Shown piece by piece: positions 43,711 to 53,117 of a DNA stretch of 64,000 bases. Positions within the stretch are counted from its first letter, which is position 1. Each line of letters starts with the position of its first letter. The stretch comes from Candidatus Zixiibacteriota bacterium (GTDB lineage Bacteria > Zixibacteria > MSB-5A5 > GN15 > JAAZOE01). A program made the position numbers and the translations under genes. The stretch lies in NCBI GenBank assembly GCA_043819555.1, contig JBDREQ010000025.1:92503-156502 (forward strand). The letters are read 5' to 3'. The notes under the pieces are model-generated. The model made no database searches. It had not been told where the DNA came from and saw only the letters and a program-made list of their open reading frames with translations.

Positions 43711-44009
43711 GCAAGATAAGTCTGATTACACGGCCGATTCTTCCGGAATTTCCCGGTAAAGATCAAATTAAAGTAAATAAGCCTGATGGAGAAGGTTTTG
43801 GCGATTTTCTATCCAAAGCCATTCACAGTGTCAACGACATGCAATTGGAAGCCGGAGAAGCCCAGGATAAATTGATCCGGGGAGAGGCGGCTGAGTTGCA
43901 TCAGGTTATGATTGCCGCGGAGAAGGCGGGAATCTCATTTGATCTTTTATTGGAAATCAGGAAGAAGCTGTTAGATGCTTATCAGGAAATTATGCGAATG
44001 CCAATGTAA
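43707..44009 (+). CDS. fliE: Flagellar hook-basal body protein FliE
   Basis: ..FGDFLSKAIHSVNDMQLEAGE..GEAAELHQVMIAAEKAGISFDLLLEIRKKLLDAYQEIMRM. Confidence 0.85.
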   Translation: MSKISLITRPILPEFPGKDQIKVNKPDGEGFGDFLSKAIHSVNDMQLEAGEAQDKLIRGEAAELHQVMIAAEKAGISFDLLLEIRKKLLDAYQEIMRMPM

Positions 44010-44048
44010 GCATACGGCGCCTGATATTCATTTCAAATAGGATTTGAT

Positions 44049-45629
44049 ATGGAATATCTTAAACAAGTTATTGGACGCCTGGCCGATATCGTTAAACAAA
44101 TGACCTTGAGCCAGGTCGTAATGCTCGTGGCGATTGTCGTGGGTTTCATCTTTGGTATTGTTGCCATTGCCGGATGGATCGGTTCGGTAACATATCAACC
44201 ATTATATACCAATCTTGAGGCGGCCGAGGCCGCCGAAATCACCGGCTATCTGGCTGAAAATGGCATTTCGTATAATATTACCGCCGGCGGAACAGCGATT
44301 GAAGTTCCCGAGTCAGATTTATATGAAGCGCGATTATCGCTGGCCTCGCAGGGATTACCCAACACCGGAAATGTCGGCTACTCAATCTTTGATGAATCCA
44401 ATCTGGGGATGACCGAATTTTTGCAGCAATTGAATTTTCGGCGCGCTCTTGAGGGTGAATTGGCAAAAACCATATCATCATTGCGCGAGGTTCAGACGGC
44501 GAGGGTGCATATTGTTATCCCGGAAGATAAATTATTTTCCGAACAGCAAAAGGAAGCGACGGCATCGGTTGTTTTGAAATTGAGACATTCGAACGGGCTT
44601 GGTAAAAAACAGATCAGCGGAATTACTCATCTGATTGCCGCTTCGGTTGAAGGTCTTAAACCCAACAATATTACAATTATTGATTATGACGGCAATATGA
44701 TTTCATCGGGAACCGGCGACAATGAAGTGGCAGCAATGACTTCTAATCAGCTGGAAATAACCCGATCAGTTGAAAATGATCTGGAGCGCAAGGCGCAAAC
44801 AATGCTTGACGGCGTTATGGGCCCCGGAAAAGCAATTGTCCGCGTCACGGCTGAATTGAATTTTCAACAATATGCGCGAACTTCGGAAAACTATGATCCT
44901 AATCTGGTGGCGGTGCGGTCGGAACAAAAAACAGAAAATGCCGGAAAGGCAACTCAAAAAGCGGCTGAGGACGCGGAGAATAATGAAGAAAATAATTCCG
45001 AAGTCACGGTAACCAATTATGAAGTTTCCAAAACAATTGAATCGGTCAGTAATGCCGTGGGAAATATTAGCCGCCTGTCAATTGCTGTTCTGCTTGATGG
45101 AACTTATCAGACCATTGAAAACGCCAAAGGCGTTGAGGAAATAATCTATGAGCCGCGCACGCAGGAAGAGATTGACCGTTTGTCAGCCATCGTTAAAAAC
45201 GCGGTCGGTTTCACATCGGAAAGAAATGACCAGATTGAGATTGTCAATATTGCCTTTGATAAGACATACATGACCGAGCAACAAAAATCGCTCGACGAAC
45301 AATACACTCGTGAGTTTTACTATGATATTGGCAAAAAAATACTTCTGCTTCTGGCTGCCATATTAGCGCTCTTTTATCTTCGCAAGAAAATTAAAAAACT
45401 TTTTGAAAGCATCGGGAAAATAATGCCCTCCACTCCGGTCCGATATAAAGAATCAAAACCCAACCCCTTGTCAGGCGGTGCGAAAATGGAAGAAGAGCCA
45501 ATGGAAATTGAGGAAATAAAAATGGGAAAACGGCAACCCAGGCTCATCGATAAAATGCAAAGAGTGGCCAGAAATGAACCCGATGAGATTGCCAAAGTTA
45601 TTAAAACTCTAATGGTTGATGTGGATTAG
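44049..45629 (+). CDS. fliF: Flagellar MS-ring protein FliF
   Basis: 526 aa with an N-terminal TM helix, ..YQPLYTNLEAAEAAEITGYL..IFDESNLGMTEF.., a second TM helix near the C-terminus, and a FliG-binding tail. Confidence 0.9.
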   Translation: MEYLKQVIGRLADIVKQMTLSQVVMLVAIVVGFIFGIVAIAGWIGSVTYQPLYTNLEAAEAAEITGYLAENGISYNITAGGTAIEVPESDLYEARLSLASQGLPNTGNVGYSIFDESNLGMTEFLQQLNFRRALEGELAKTISSLREVQTARVHIVIPEDKLFSEQQKEATASVVLKLRHSNGLGKKQISGITHLIAASVEGLKPNNITIIDYDGNMISSGTGDNEVAAMTSNQLEITRSVENDLERKAQTMLDGVMGPGKAIVRVTAELNFQQYARTSENYDPNLVAVRSEQKTENAGKATQKAAEDAENNEENNSEVTVTNYEVSKTIESVSNAVGNISRLSIAVLLDGTYQTIENAKGVEEIIYEPRTQEEIDRLSAIVKNAVGFTSERNDQIEIVNIAFDKTYMTEQQKSLDEQYTREFYYDIGKKILLLLAAILALFYLRKKIKKLFESIGKIMPSTPVRYKESKPNPLSGGAKMEEEPMEIEEIKMGKRQPRLIDKMQRVARNEPDEIAKVIKTLMVDVD

Positions 45630-45636
45630 GTGAGAT

Positions 45637-46650
45637 ATGCCCAATTATGATGAATTAACAGCGACTCAGAAAGCCGCCATCGCTCTCGTGGCTTTTGGGA
45701 CAGAAGTATCTTCTTTGGTCCTGAAATCACTAAGCGAGCAGGACCTTGAAAAAATAACCATCGAAATAGCCAATCTTCGCGAAGTTCCTCCTGAAGTGGA
45801 AGAGCAGGTCTTGAAAGAATGTCATGAAATTTTTATGGCTCGCCAGTATATATCTCAAGGCGGTATTGACTTTGCCAAAGATATACTGGAAAAAGCCGTT
45901 GGCGGGCGGCGGGCTCTTGAAATTCTCAATCGCCTGGAATCTTCTTTGAGAACATCAGGTTTTAACCTGTTGAAAAATATTGATCCACAGCAATTGGTGA
46001 ATTTTATCCGTAATGAACACCCCCAGACGATTTCATTAATATTGACCCAATTGATCCCGCAGCAGGCTGCGGCGGTACTGTCCGAATTACCCCCCGAATT
46101 GCAGGCAGAAGTGGCTCTGCGCGTCGCCAATATGGAAAAGATTTCTCCCGGAGTCCTGAAAGAAGTGGAATTGACATTGCAGGGTCAATTCGCCGATAGC
46201 GCCAGTCGTGATTTATCGGTTTCCGGAGGCGCCAAGACAATTGCTGAAATACTAAACCTGATTGAAACTACTTCCGAAAAAAATATACTTTACGCAATTG
46301 AAGCTGAAGATCCCGATCTGGCGGCAGAAATTAAAAACATGATGTTTATCTTTGATGATATTGTACTCCTTGATGATCGCGGCATACAGAGGCTCCTAAA
46401 AGAAGTGGAGACCAAAGATCTGGCCATTTCTCTAAAGGCGGCTTCCGAAGAGGTAAGAAACAAAATCTTTTCCAATGTATCGGAGCGTGTGGCAGTCTTG
46501 ATCAGGGAAGAAATGGAATTTATGGGTCCAATGCGATTAACTGATGTGGAAACGGCACAACAGAGAATTGTGGAATCAGTTCGTCGTCTCGAAGAAGAAG
46601 GTCAACTGGTTATCGCCGGTCGCAGCGGAAAGGAAGATATCATTGTCTAA
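45637..46650 (+). CDS. fliG: Flagellar motor switch protein FliG
   Basis: ..LTATQKAAIALVAFG..EHPQTISLILTQL..MFIFDDIVLLDDRGIQRLLKEV..MGPMRLTDVETAQQRIV... Confidence 0.9.
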   Translation: MPNYDELTATQKAAIALVAFGTEVSSLVLKSLSEQDLEKITIEIANLREVPPEVEEQVLKECHEIFMARQYISQGGIDFAKDILEKAVGGRRALEILNRLESSLRTSGFNLLKNIDPQQLVNFIRNEHPQTISLILTQLIPQQAAAVLSELPPELQAEVALRVANMEKISPGVLKEVELTLQGQFADSASRDLSVSGGAKTIAEILNLIETTSEKNILYAIEAEDPDLAAEIKNMMFIFDDIVLLDDRGIQRLLKEVETKDLAISLKAASEEVRNKIFSNVSERVAVLIREEMEFMGPMRLTDVETAQQRIVESVRRLEEEGQLVIAGRSGKEDIIV

Positions 46651-47359
46651 AGTATTGTCTCTCCCATTGGCCAATGACAAGGTTCTTATCGGAGAATACT
46701 CAATTGATTACGAGGCTGAGCGAAAGGCCGAATCGTTGCTTCAGACAGAATATCCGGGTTTGATGGTTCTCACATCACCCGAGGGGAAAAAACAAATTCC
46801 TTTGCAGGATCTAATCCAGCTTCATAATAAATTCAGTCAAGAGATAAAAGAGGCTTATAATAAAGGTTATGAAGAGGGAAAACAATCAGGTTATGAAGAT
46901 GGTTTAAATGAGGGATTGGAGGAGGCGCGGCAAGTTGTTGATTCGTTAAGCGGGGCGTTATCCGATATAATCAATCAGCGCCATCAGCTTTTGACTGAAT
47001 CAAAAAACAAAATCCTCGACTTGGTTTTGAAAATATCCAGGAAATTAACATTTTCCGCTGCGGAGTTTAATTCGCAGATTACTAAGTCTATCATTACCGG
47101 GTCGATTGAGCAATTAATCGATAAAAGGAACATCAAGGTTAAAGTTCATCCCGGTCATCTGGCCGAACTGGAACAGTACATTGACAAATTTATGGGCAGC
47201 AATGCTGCCATAAAGGAGTTTAATATTGAGCCTGATCCGCGCATCAGGGTTGGCGGTTGTTTTATTGAAACTCCATCCGGCGATATCGATGCCCGGCTCG
47301 AATCGATGTACGAAGTCATTAAACAGGCCTTACTTGACGGCGAGGATTCTCCGGAGTGA
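46643..47359 (+). CDS. fliH: Flagellar export apparatus protein FliH (start uncertain)
   Basis: The call rests on its position between fliG and fliI, a central E/K-rich helical region (..YNKGYEEGKQSGYEDGLNEGLEEARQ..), and a C-terminal FliH/V-ATPase-E-like domain. The start is taken as TTG 46643. The ORF-track start at 46544 would lie deep inside fliG. Confidence 0.7.
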   Translation: MSKVLSLPLANDKVLIGEYSIDYEAERKAESLLQTEYPGLMVLTSPEGKKQIPLQDLIQLHNKFSQEIKEAYNKGYEEGKQSGYEDGLNEGLEEARQVVDSLSGALSDIINQRHQLLTESKNKILDLVLKISRKLTFSAAEFNSQITKSIITGSIEQLIDKRNIKVKVHPGHLAELEQYIDKFMGSNAAIKEFNIEPDPRIRVGGCFIETPSGDIDARLESMYEVIKQALLDGEDSPE

Positions 47360-48705
47360 AAATAGAATACGACTATTACGGCGGCAAGATTGATTCTTTG
47401 CGATTGATAAAGCAATATGGAACTGTCAGCCGTGTCAGCGGATTGGTGATTGAATCGAAGGGCCCGGCGGTTCAGGTTGGATCTTTATGCCGCATTGAAT
47501 CAGCCGATTTGGAGATTTCCGTCCCGGCCGAAGTAGTCGGATTTAAAGATCATACAATTTTTCTTATGCCCCTGGGAAGTATCCAGGGCATTACTCCCGG
47601 CTCCATCGTGACAAGTACCGGCGAACAATTGCATGTGCCGGTCGGCGATCAACTTTTAGGCCGCGTAATAGATGGTTTGGGTAATCCCCTGGACGAAAAG
47701 GGGCCGGTTATAAGTTCGCATAACAGGTTATTGTATTCACAACCCCCAGCCAGCTTGAAAAGGGCACGCATAACAGAACCTCTTTATACTGGAATCAAAG
47801 CTATAGACACTATGATCACATGCGGCAAAGGCCAGCGATTGGGCATATTCTCCGGTTCCGGTGTCGGCAAATCGGTCATGATGGGTATGATTGCGCGCGG
47901 TACCAGCGCCGATGTTACCGTAATTGGCCTGGTGGGGGAGAGAAGCCGAGAGGTGAAAGAATTTATTGAAAACGATCTTGGCCCGGAAGGATTGGCTCGA
48001 ACGGTCGTTGTGGCGGTTACATCAGATGAACCGGCCTTAATACGTCTCAAGGGAATATTGACGGCAACGACAATTGCCGAGTATTTCAGGGATCAGGGCA
48101 AAGATGTTATGCTTCTGGTTGACTCGTTGACCCGAGTCGCGATGGCGCAGAGAGAAATCGGATTATCAATTGGAGAGCCTCCCGCGACAAAAGGCTACCC
48201 GCCTTCGGTATTTGCGCTGCTGCCCAAAATTCTGGAGCGATCCGGTTCGGGCATTCGTGGTTCAATTACCGGTTTGTATACCGTGCTGGTAGAGGGAGAT
48301 GATTTCAATGAACCGATTTCCGATGCGGTCAGATCAGTTATTGACGGCCATATTGTCCTGTCGAGACGACTGGCATCTCGCAATCATTATCCGGCCATTG
48401 ATGTCCTGGATTCGGTGAGCCGCCTGATGCCGCAAGTGGCGAATGAAAATCATAAAAAATCGGCGGGACAAATCAAAGAACTTCTGGCAACCTATCGCGA
48501 TGCAGAAGACCTGATAAACATCGGAGCCTATGTCAAAGGCTCCTCCAATAAGATTGACGACTCCATTTTCTGTAATGACAGGATAAATGAATTCATGAAA
48601 CAGGGGATATATGAACAGGCTGATCCTCTCGAAGCAATTGCGGCTCTGCCATCCCTGATTGAAATACCTGATAATGAAAGAGAAAAAACCGTTGAAAAAA
48701 TTTAA
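47356..48705 (+). CDS. fliI: Flagellum-specific ATPase FliI
   Basis: Walker A GSGVGKSV, Walker B ..VMLLVDSLTR.., and F1-beta-like architecture. Confidence 0.95.
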   Translation: MKIEYDYYGGKIDSLRLIKQYGTVSRVSGLVIESKGPAVQVGSLCRIESADLEISVPAEVVGFKDHTIFLMPLGSIQGITPGSIVTSTGEQLHVPVGDQLLGRVIDGLGNPLDEKGPVISSHNRLLYSQPPASLKRARITEPLYTGIKAIDTMITCGKGQRLGIFSGSGVGKSVMMGMIARGTSADVTVIGLVGERSREVKEFIENDLGPEGLARTVVVAVTSDEPALIRLKGILTATTIAEYFRDQGKDVMLLVDSLTRVAMAQREIGLSIGEPPATKGYPPSVFALLPKILERSGSGIRGSITGLYTVLVEGDDFNEPISDAVRSVIDGHIVLSRRLASRNHYPAIDVLDSVSRLMPQVANENHKKSAGQIKELLATYRDAEDLINIGAYVKGSSNKIDDSIFCNDRINEFMKQGIYEQADPLEAIAALPSLIEIPDNEREKTVEKI

Positions 48706-49135
48706 TTACAGATTTGAAAAAGTTCTTTCATTCAAGAAACACCTCGAAAAGCAAAAACAGCGAGAGTTGGCCGAGGCGATCGCTTTTGAACAAAAACAAA
48801 AGCAGGAAATTCTGGCGGTTCTGGACGATAGATCAAATCATCAACTACAGGAAAAGAAATTTCTCACTGGAAAAATCGATGGCAATCTTTTGACGCGATA
48901 CTCCAGATATTATATGAAATTAAAACAAATGGAAATTAACGGCCGTGAATTGCTGGCAAATATCAAAGAAGAAGTAGGGAAGAGGCATGAAAAGTTGGTG
49001 GGAGCCACAAAGCAAAGAAAAATATATGAAAAATTGAAAGAGCGCCACCTTGACAGGCATACAAACGAATTGAAGTTGCTACTGCAAAAAGAAAATGATG
49101 AAATCGGGCAGACGATGTTTTTTAGAAATAAATAA
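48674..49135 (+). CDS. fliJ: Flagellar export chaperone-like protein FliJ (start uncertain)
   Basis: It is a coiled-coil, K/E-rich protein with ..FNYRFEKVLSFKKHLEKQKQRELAEA.., located after fliI. Alternative starts are TTG 48659 and TTG 48692. Confidence 0.7.
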   Translation: MKEKKPLKKFNYRFEKVLSFKKHLEKQKQRELAEAIAFEQKQKQEILAVLDDRSNHQLQEKKFLTGKIDGNLLTRYSRYYMKLKQMEINGRELLANIKEEVGKRHEKLVGATKQRKIYEKLKERHLDRHTNELKLLLQKENDEIGQTMFFRNK

Positions 49136-49149
49136 TCCTCTCTACAATA

Positions 49150-49186
49150 AAAAAAGCCCTCTGGTTTTGCCGGGGGGCTTTTTTGT
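49150..49186. terminator. Bidirectional rho-independent terminator between fliJ (+) and the T9SS-cargo gene (-)
   Basis: A7 - GCCCTCTGG-TTTTG-CCGGGGGGC (with G-U wobbles) - T6. Confidence 0.6.
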
Positions 49187-50460
49187 TATTTTATCATTAC
49201 CATTTTTCGTATCAGAGTTTTGTCATTCGTTTTAAGCCGGTAAAAATAAATTCCGGATGAAAGGCTGTGCCCCTGTTCATTTTTTCCGTCAAAGGTAATT
49301 TCCTTTTCTCCCGCCGGCATTATCCCGGAATGCAAAGTTTTTATCCGCTGCCCAAGTACATTGAAAACCTCAAGGCTGACCATTAATTGTTCAGGCAATC
49401 CAAATTGAATAGTGGTAGTCGGGTTAAACGGATTAGGGTAATTTTGAGATAAATATAAAGTACCGGGCAGGGCCTTAGCGGATTTGTCATCAGCATCTGT
49501 TGTCATATCGATAAGGATTGAACCTGTGCCTAAGGCAGGATAGGCTTTGACATAATCATAAATTGGACCAAGCTGAGTCAACATTTCTGCGCCAGGCGTC
49601 ATTGTGGTATCAAGAACGACAAACGGAGTCGTGCCGGTGGTGACGCTTGAAAAATATATTTTTGCCAGCGGACCGATACCGGGGGGGAGAAGTTGAGTGC
49701 TATAGAAGTCCAGACTCAACATTGCCTGCTTGAGATTATTATCAATGATAATATTAGCGTTGGCGGCATTTTGTGACCGCGTTTCGACAATCGATATTGA
49801 ATCGATAAAAAGATTATCCGATGGATAAGCAAACGGCAATACGATTTTGCTAAGATCAATCTCAGTTAATCCATATATAATAACTTCAAAATCATCGCCG
49901 GCTTTTGTTTCCACATTATCAAACCAAATGGAATCATTGAGAGCCGGGGCAAAGGCGTTACTAATGTAACCCCTGTTGAAATTGGGAGTAAACCATTCAT
50001 TAGTCGATAAAACAAAAGTCAATTCGGTATTAACGGTCGTGGTGTCAAAATAAATCATCCGCTGAGGATAACCATTTGGTACGGTGACGAAAATTCTGGC
50101 AAGAAGTCCTCGCCCGGGATCAATAAAAGAATCATCCTGAGTAAGTTCAAGGGCGCCGATATGAATTCGGGCCAGTGATGGATCAATAATACCAAGAGTT
50201 GTTAATCTGCCTTCTGTCCTGCTTCCTGCGAAAGAAACCGAATCAACGATTAAATCGGGATAGAAATAGACGAGTGGCGCGTCTATCCCAGTTATATTTT
50301 CAGCATTCGAAAAATAAACCCCCAAAATGGCCTTTTGTCCGGAATGGGTCGAAATCGTATCAATCCAGAGAGTATCGGTGTCACTGATTGGATTGACTGC
50401 CCAAACAGGCGAAACCAAAATGATAAGTATTGCTGAAATGAATATCGTACTCTTTAACAT
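49186..50460 (-). CDS. Secreted protein with two cohesin-like modules and a T9SS type-A C-terminal sorting domain
   Basis: Signal peptide ..ILVSPVWA. Two modules start ..LWIDTISTHSGQKAILGVYFSNAENITGIDAPL.. and ..IWFDNVETKAGDDFEVIIYGLTEIDL... The C-terminus ..LSQNYPNPFNPTTTIQFGLPE..VFNVLGQRIKTL..GIYFYRLKT.. is typical of Por-secretion tails. Confidence 0.8.
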   Translation of the reverse strand: MLKSTIFISAILIILVSPVWAVNPISDTDTLWIDTISTHSGQKAILGVYFSNAENITGIDAPLVYFYPDLIVDSVSFAGSRTEGRLTTLGIIDPSLARIHIGALELTQDDSFIDPGRGLLARIFVTVPNGYPQRMIYFDTTTVNTELTFVLSTNEWFTPNFNRGYISNAFAPALNDSIWFDNVETKAGDDFEVIIYGLTEIDLSKIVLPFAYPSDNLFIDSISIVETRSQNAANANIIIDNNLKQAMLSLDFYSTQLLPPGIGPLAKIYFSSVTTGTTPFVVLDTTMTPGAEMLTQLGPIYDYVKAYPALGTGSILIDMTTDADDKSAKALPGTLYLSQNYPNPFNPTTTIQFGLPEQLMVSLEVFNVLGQRIKTLHSGIMPAGEKEITFDGKNEQGHSLSSGIYFYRLKTNDKTLIRKMVMIK

Positions 50461-50655
50461 ATTTCTGCCAGTATCATATACTTATATGGCCTTTACAGCA
50501 AAAATTATGCACTAATTACCGACTAAGAAGGCTCCCATCCAAATATTGCGGTAGATAAATGTAATTAAGCCGACATTAAGGAGTTAGGCCCGATTACATG
50601 AATATAATAGATTTTTGGCAGGTTCCAAATAAATATTGCATACCTCAATTTATGA

Positions 50656-50681
50656 TTTTTGCGCAGGGTTTTGCGTAAAAA
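50656..50681. promoter_or_regulatory. Inverted repeat; candidate enhancer (UAS) for the flgF sigma-54 promoter
   Basis: TTTTTGCGCA-N6-TGCGTAAAAA (9 of 10 complementary), centred about 155 nt upstream of the -24 GG. Confidence 0.3.
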
Positions 50682-50822
50682 AAGAACCCATGGAAAAATC
50701 TTCAGGTCATCTCTGGAGCTTTTTTCCGAAAATCCACTTTTACAAAGCCCACTCATTTTTAGGCATTATCGCAACTCACAGTATAATATGGATTTAGACG
50801 CATCGTTTGGTTTAGCCTTTTG

Positions 50823-50838
50823 TGGCATACTCCTTGCC
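50823..50838 (+). promoter_or_regulatory. Sigma-54 (-24/-12) promoter upstream of flgF
   Basis: TGGCAT-ACTCC-TTGCC has GG-N10-GC spacing. It lies 25 nt upstream of the flgF ATG (50863), with a GGAGG RBS in between. Confidence 0.65.
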
Positions 50839-50862
50839 TATGATGGAAATGGAGGAATATCT

Positions 50863-51600
50863 ATGATTAAAGGTATATATAAGGCCGCATCCGGCATGGT
50901 ACCGCGAATGAAAAAACAGGAGATAACCGCCAATAATATTGCCAATGCATCAACTCCCGGATTTAAGAAAGAATCGACTTTCATAAAAGAACTTGATTCT
51001 GCTACTAAATCGATATTACCGAAAAAATCAGACTGGCAAACGCCAATGATTGACCAAATATATACTGATTATTCTCAGGGGACTTTCAATAAAACAGGAA
51101 ATCCGCTCGATGTCGCCATTGATGGTGAGGGATTCTTTGTTTTGGAAAACGTCGATGGGGACGATCGCCAGTATTCGCGCAACGGCAGCTTCTCTGTGGA
51201 TCCTGAGGGTTTCTTAATCAGCAGCAGCGGTTATCGCGTGATGGGAGAAGGGGGGCCGATTGAAGCCGCCGGCGGCATGATTGAGATTAATGAGTCAGGT
51301 GAATTGATGATTGATGGAAATACCACCAATCGATTGCAGATTGTGAACTTTGAAGATAAAAACATATTGGGGAAAGTCGGCAGCTCCGGTTTTGTGGCGC
51401 AGGGAGATTCTGAGCCATTACCGGCAGTGGGATTCTCGGTCCGGCAGGGATATCTTGAAAATTCCAACATCAATGTTATCAAGGAAATGGTGGGGATGAT
51501 AATCACTCTTCGCAATTTTGAAACCGGTGCGAAGATGATTCAAACCCAGGATGAGAGTCTCAAGACGCTATTTACTCAAGTAGGCAAAACACAAATGTAA
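50863..51600 (+). CDS. flgF: Flagellar rod protein FlgF
   Basis: MIKGIYKAASGMVPRMKKQEITANNIANASTPGFKKE.. and C-terminal ..GYLENSNINVIKEMVGMI... The start is set at ATG 50863. The ORF-track start at 50659 would run through the promoter region. Confidence 0.85.
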   Translation: MIKGIYKAASGMVPRMKKQEITANNIANASTPGFKKESTFIKELDSATKSILPKKSDWQTPMIDQIYTDYSQGTFNKTGNPLDVAIDGEGFFVLENVDGDDRQYSRNGSFSVDPEGFLISSSGYRVMGEGGPIEAAGGMIEINESGELMIDGNTTNRLQIVNFEDKNILGKVGSSGFVAQGDSEPLPAVGFSVRQGYLENSNINVIKEMVGMIITLRNFETGAKMIQTQDESLKTLFTQVGKTQM

Positions 51601-51618
51601 TAGATAAAGGAATTTATC

Positions 51619-52407
51619 ATGATTAAGGCCATGAACACGGCGGCGACGGGAATGGTCGCCCAGCAGACCAATATTGACAACATTGCCAACAACCTGGCAA
51701 ACGTCAATACTACGGCATTCAAGAAATCGAGAATTGAATTTCAGGATATTTTATATCAAAATTTCCGCCGAGCCGGTTCGCCCTCGGCTGTCGGCGCGAT
51801 TATCCCCACCAATCTTGATGTTGGTTATGGATCCCGCGCTGTTGCGACTAATCGCGAGTTTAGTCCGGGTTCGGTGCAAATCACAAAGAGCGCGACCGAT
51901 CTGGCAATTGGGGGGAATGGCTTCTTTCAGATCGAAATGCCGGATGGCACGATCGGATATACTCGTGACGGATCGTTTAAGCTTAGCGCTGACGGTCAGT
52001 TTGTAACGTCCGACGGTTTTATTATGACGCCAAATATTACTGTGCCTGAGGATGCGACTGATTTATCGATCGGCATTGACGGCCAGGTATTTGCACTTAT
52101 TGTCGGGAATGACACTCCGCAGGAGGTAGGGCAGATTGAATTGGCGAAGTTTATCAATCCGGCCGGATTGTCGGCGGTAGGCCATAACATTTTTACCCAA
52201 ACCCCGGCTTCGGGAACTCCGATTACCGGTTCGCCCGGTTCGGAAGGATTTGGTCCGGTTGAGCAGGGGCAACTGGAAACATCCAATGTTTCGGTCGTCG
52301 ATGAAATGGTCAATATGATTATGGCGCAGCGAGCCTATGAGATAAACTCCAAAGTTATCCAGACATCTGATGACATGACACAAGTTGTGAACAGCCTGAA
52401 GAGGTAA
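51619..52407 (+). CDS. flgG: Flagellar distal rod protein FlgG
   Basis: ..MNTAATGMVAQQTNIDNIANNLANVNTTAFKKSR..GQLETSNVSVVDEMVNMIMAQRAYEINSKVIQ... Confidence 0.95.
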   Translation: MIKAMNTAATGMVAQQTNIDNIANNLANVNTTAFKKSRIEFQDILYQNFRRAGSPSAVGAIIPTNLDVGYGSRAVATNREFSPGSVQITKSATDLAIGGNGFFQIEMPDGTIGYTRDGSFKLSADGQFVTSDGFIMTPNITVPEDATDLSIGIDGQVFALIVGNDTPQEVGQIELAKFINPAGLSAVGHNIFTQTPASGTPITGSPGSEGFGPVEQGQLETSNVSVVDEMVNMIMAQRAYEINSKVIQTSDDMTQVVNSLKR

Positions 52408-52409
52408 TT

Positions 52410-53114
52410 ATGCTAAGAACAGCTTTGATTGCGTTAGTCTGCCTGTTGATTATACCGGCCATATTAAAGGCTGAGAATAGCAGGGAAGATCTTGAATATC
52501 TTGAATCCTTTCTCTCTGAAAAAATCATTTCTGATTATGGATTTAATTCGGATGAAGTCGAGATACAACTAATCAGATGCGGCGCCAGACTTGATAATTT
52601 ATCGACAAGCGAAATTCAGGCGTATCCATTGGCACAGTCCAATCCACGGGGCCGTTTTCCGATGCGAATCGAAATTTATCGAGATAATGCAATGACCGGA
52701 AAAGGGTCGGTTACAATTGATGTCCGTTTGTTTGCCGACCTGCCGGTTCCGGTTCGACGGATCAACCGCCACGCTATTCTGAATCCTCAAATGTTCATTT
52801 TGAAGCGATTTGAGGTGACGTCAATCAGAGAGAAAATGCTCACTGATCTTGCTCAGCTGGATAATATACGGGCCAAACAAAATCTGGCCGAAGGACAGTA
52901 TGTTTCACTGAATAAAATAGAGAAAATCCCTGATGTGGAAAATGGAATGTCGATCACGATTATTGCCTCAGCCGGTACGTTTGATATACGCGCCAAGGGA
53001 ATGGCGCTTCAGAGAGGATATATCGGTGAATCGATCAAAGTCAAAAATGTTGATTCCAAAAAAATAATTATTGGGAAGATAACATCTCCCGGAGTCGTGG
53101 AAATAACGCTCTGA
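52410..53114 (+). CDS. flgA: Flagellar P-ring assembly chaperone FlgA
   Basis: Signal peptide, SAF-like domain, and C-terminal ..GYIGESIKVKNVDSKKIIIGKITSPGVVEI. It sits upstream of flgH and flgI. Confidence 0.8.
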   Translation: MLRTALIALVCLLIIPAILKAENSREDLEYLESFLSEKIISDYGFNSDEVEIQLIRCGARLDNLSTSEIQAYPLAQSNPRGRFPMRIEIYRDNAMTGKGSVTIDVRLFADLPVPVRRINRHAILNPQMFILKRFEVTSIREKMLTDLAQLDNIRAKQNLAEGQYVSLNKIEKIPDVENGMSITIIASAGTFDIRAKGMALQRGYIGESIKVKNVDSKKIIIGKITSPGVVEITL

Positions 53115-53117
53115 ACC

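Noticed and set aside
50616-50640. TGGCAG....TTGCA, which looks like a sigma-54 promoter in the flgF upstream region.
   Set aside because: The GG and GC dinucleotides are 19 nt apart instead of 10. The properly spaced site at 50823..50838 explains the region.
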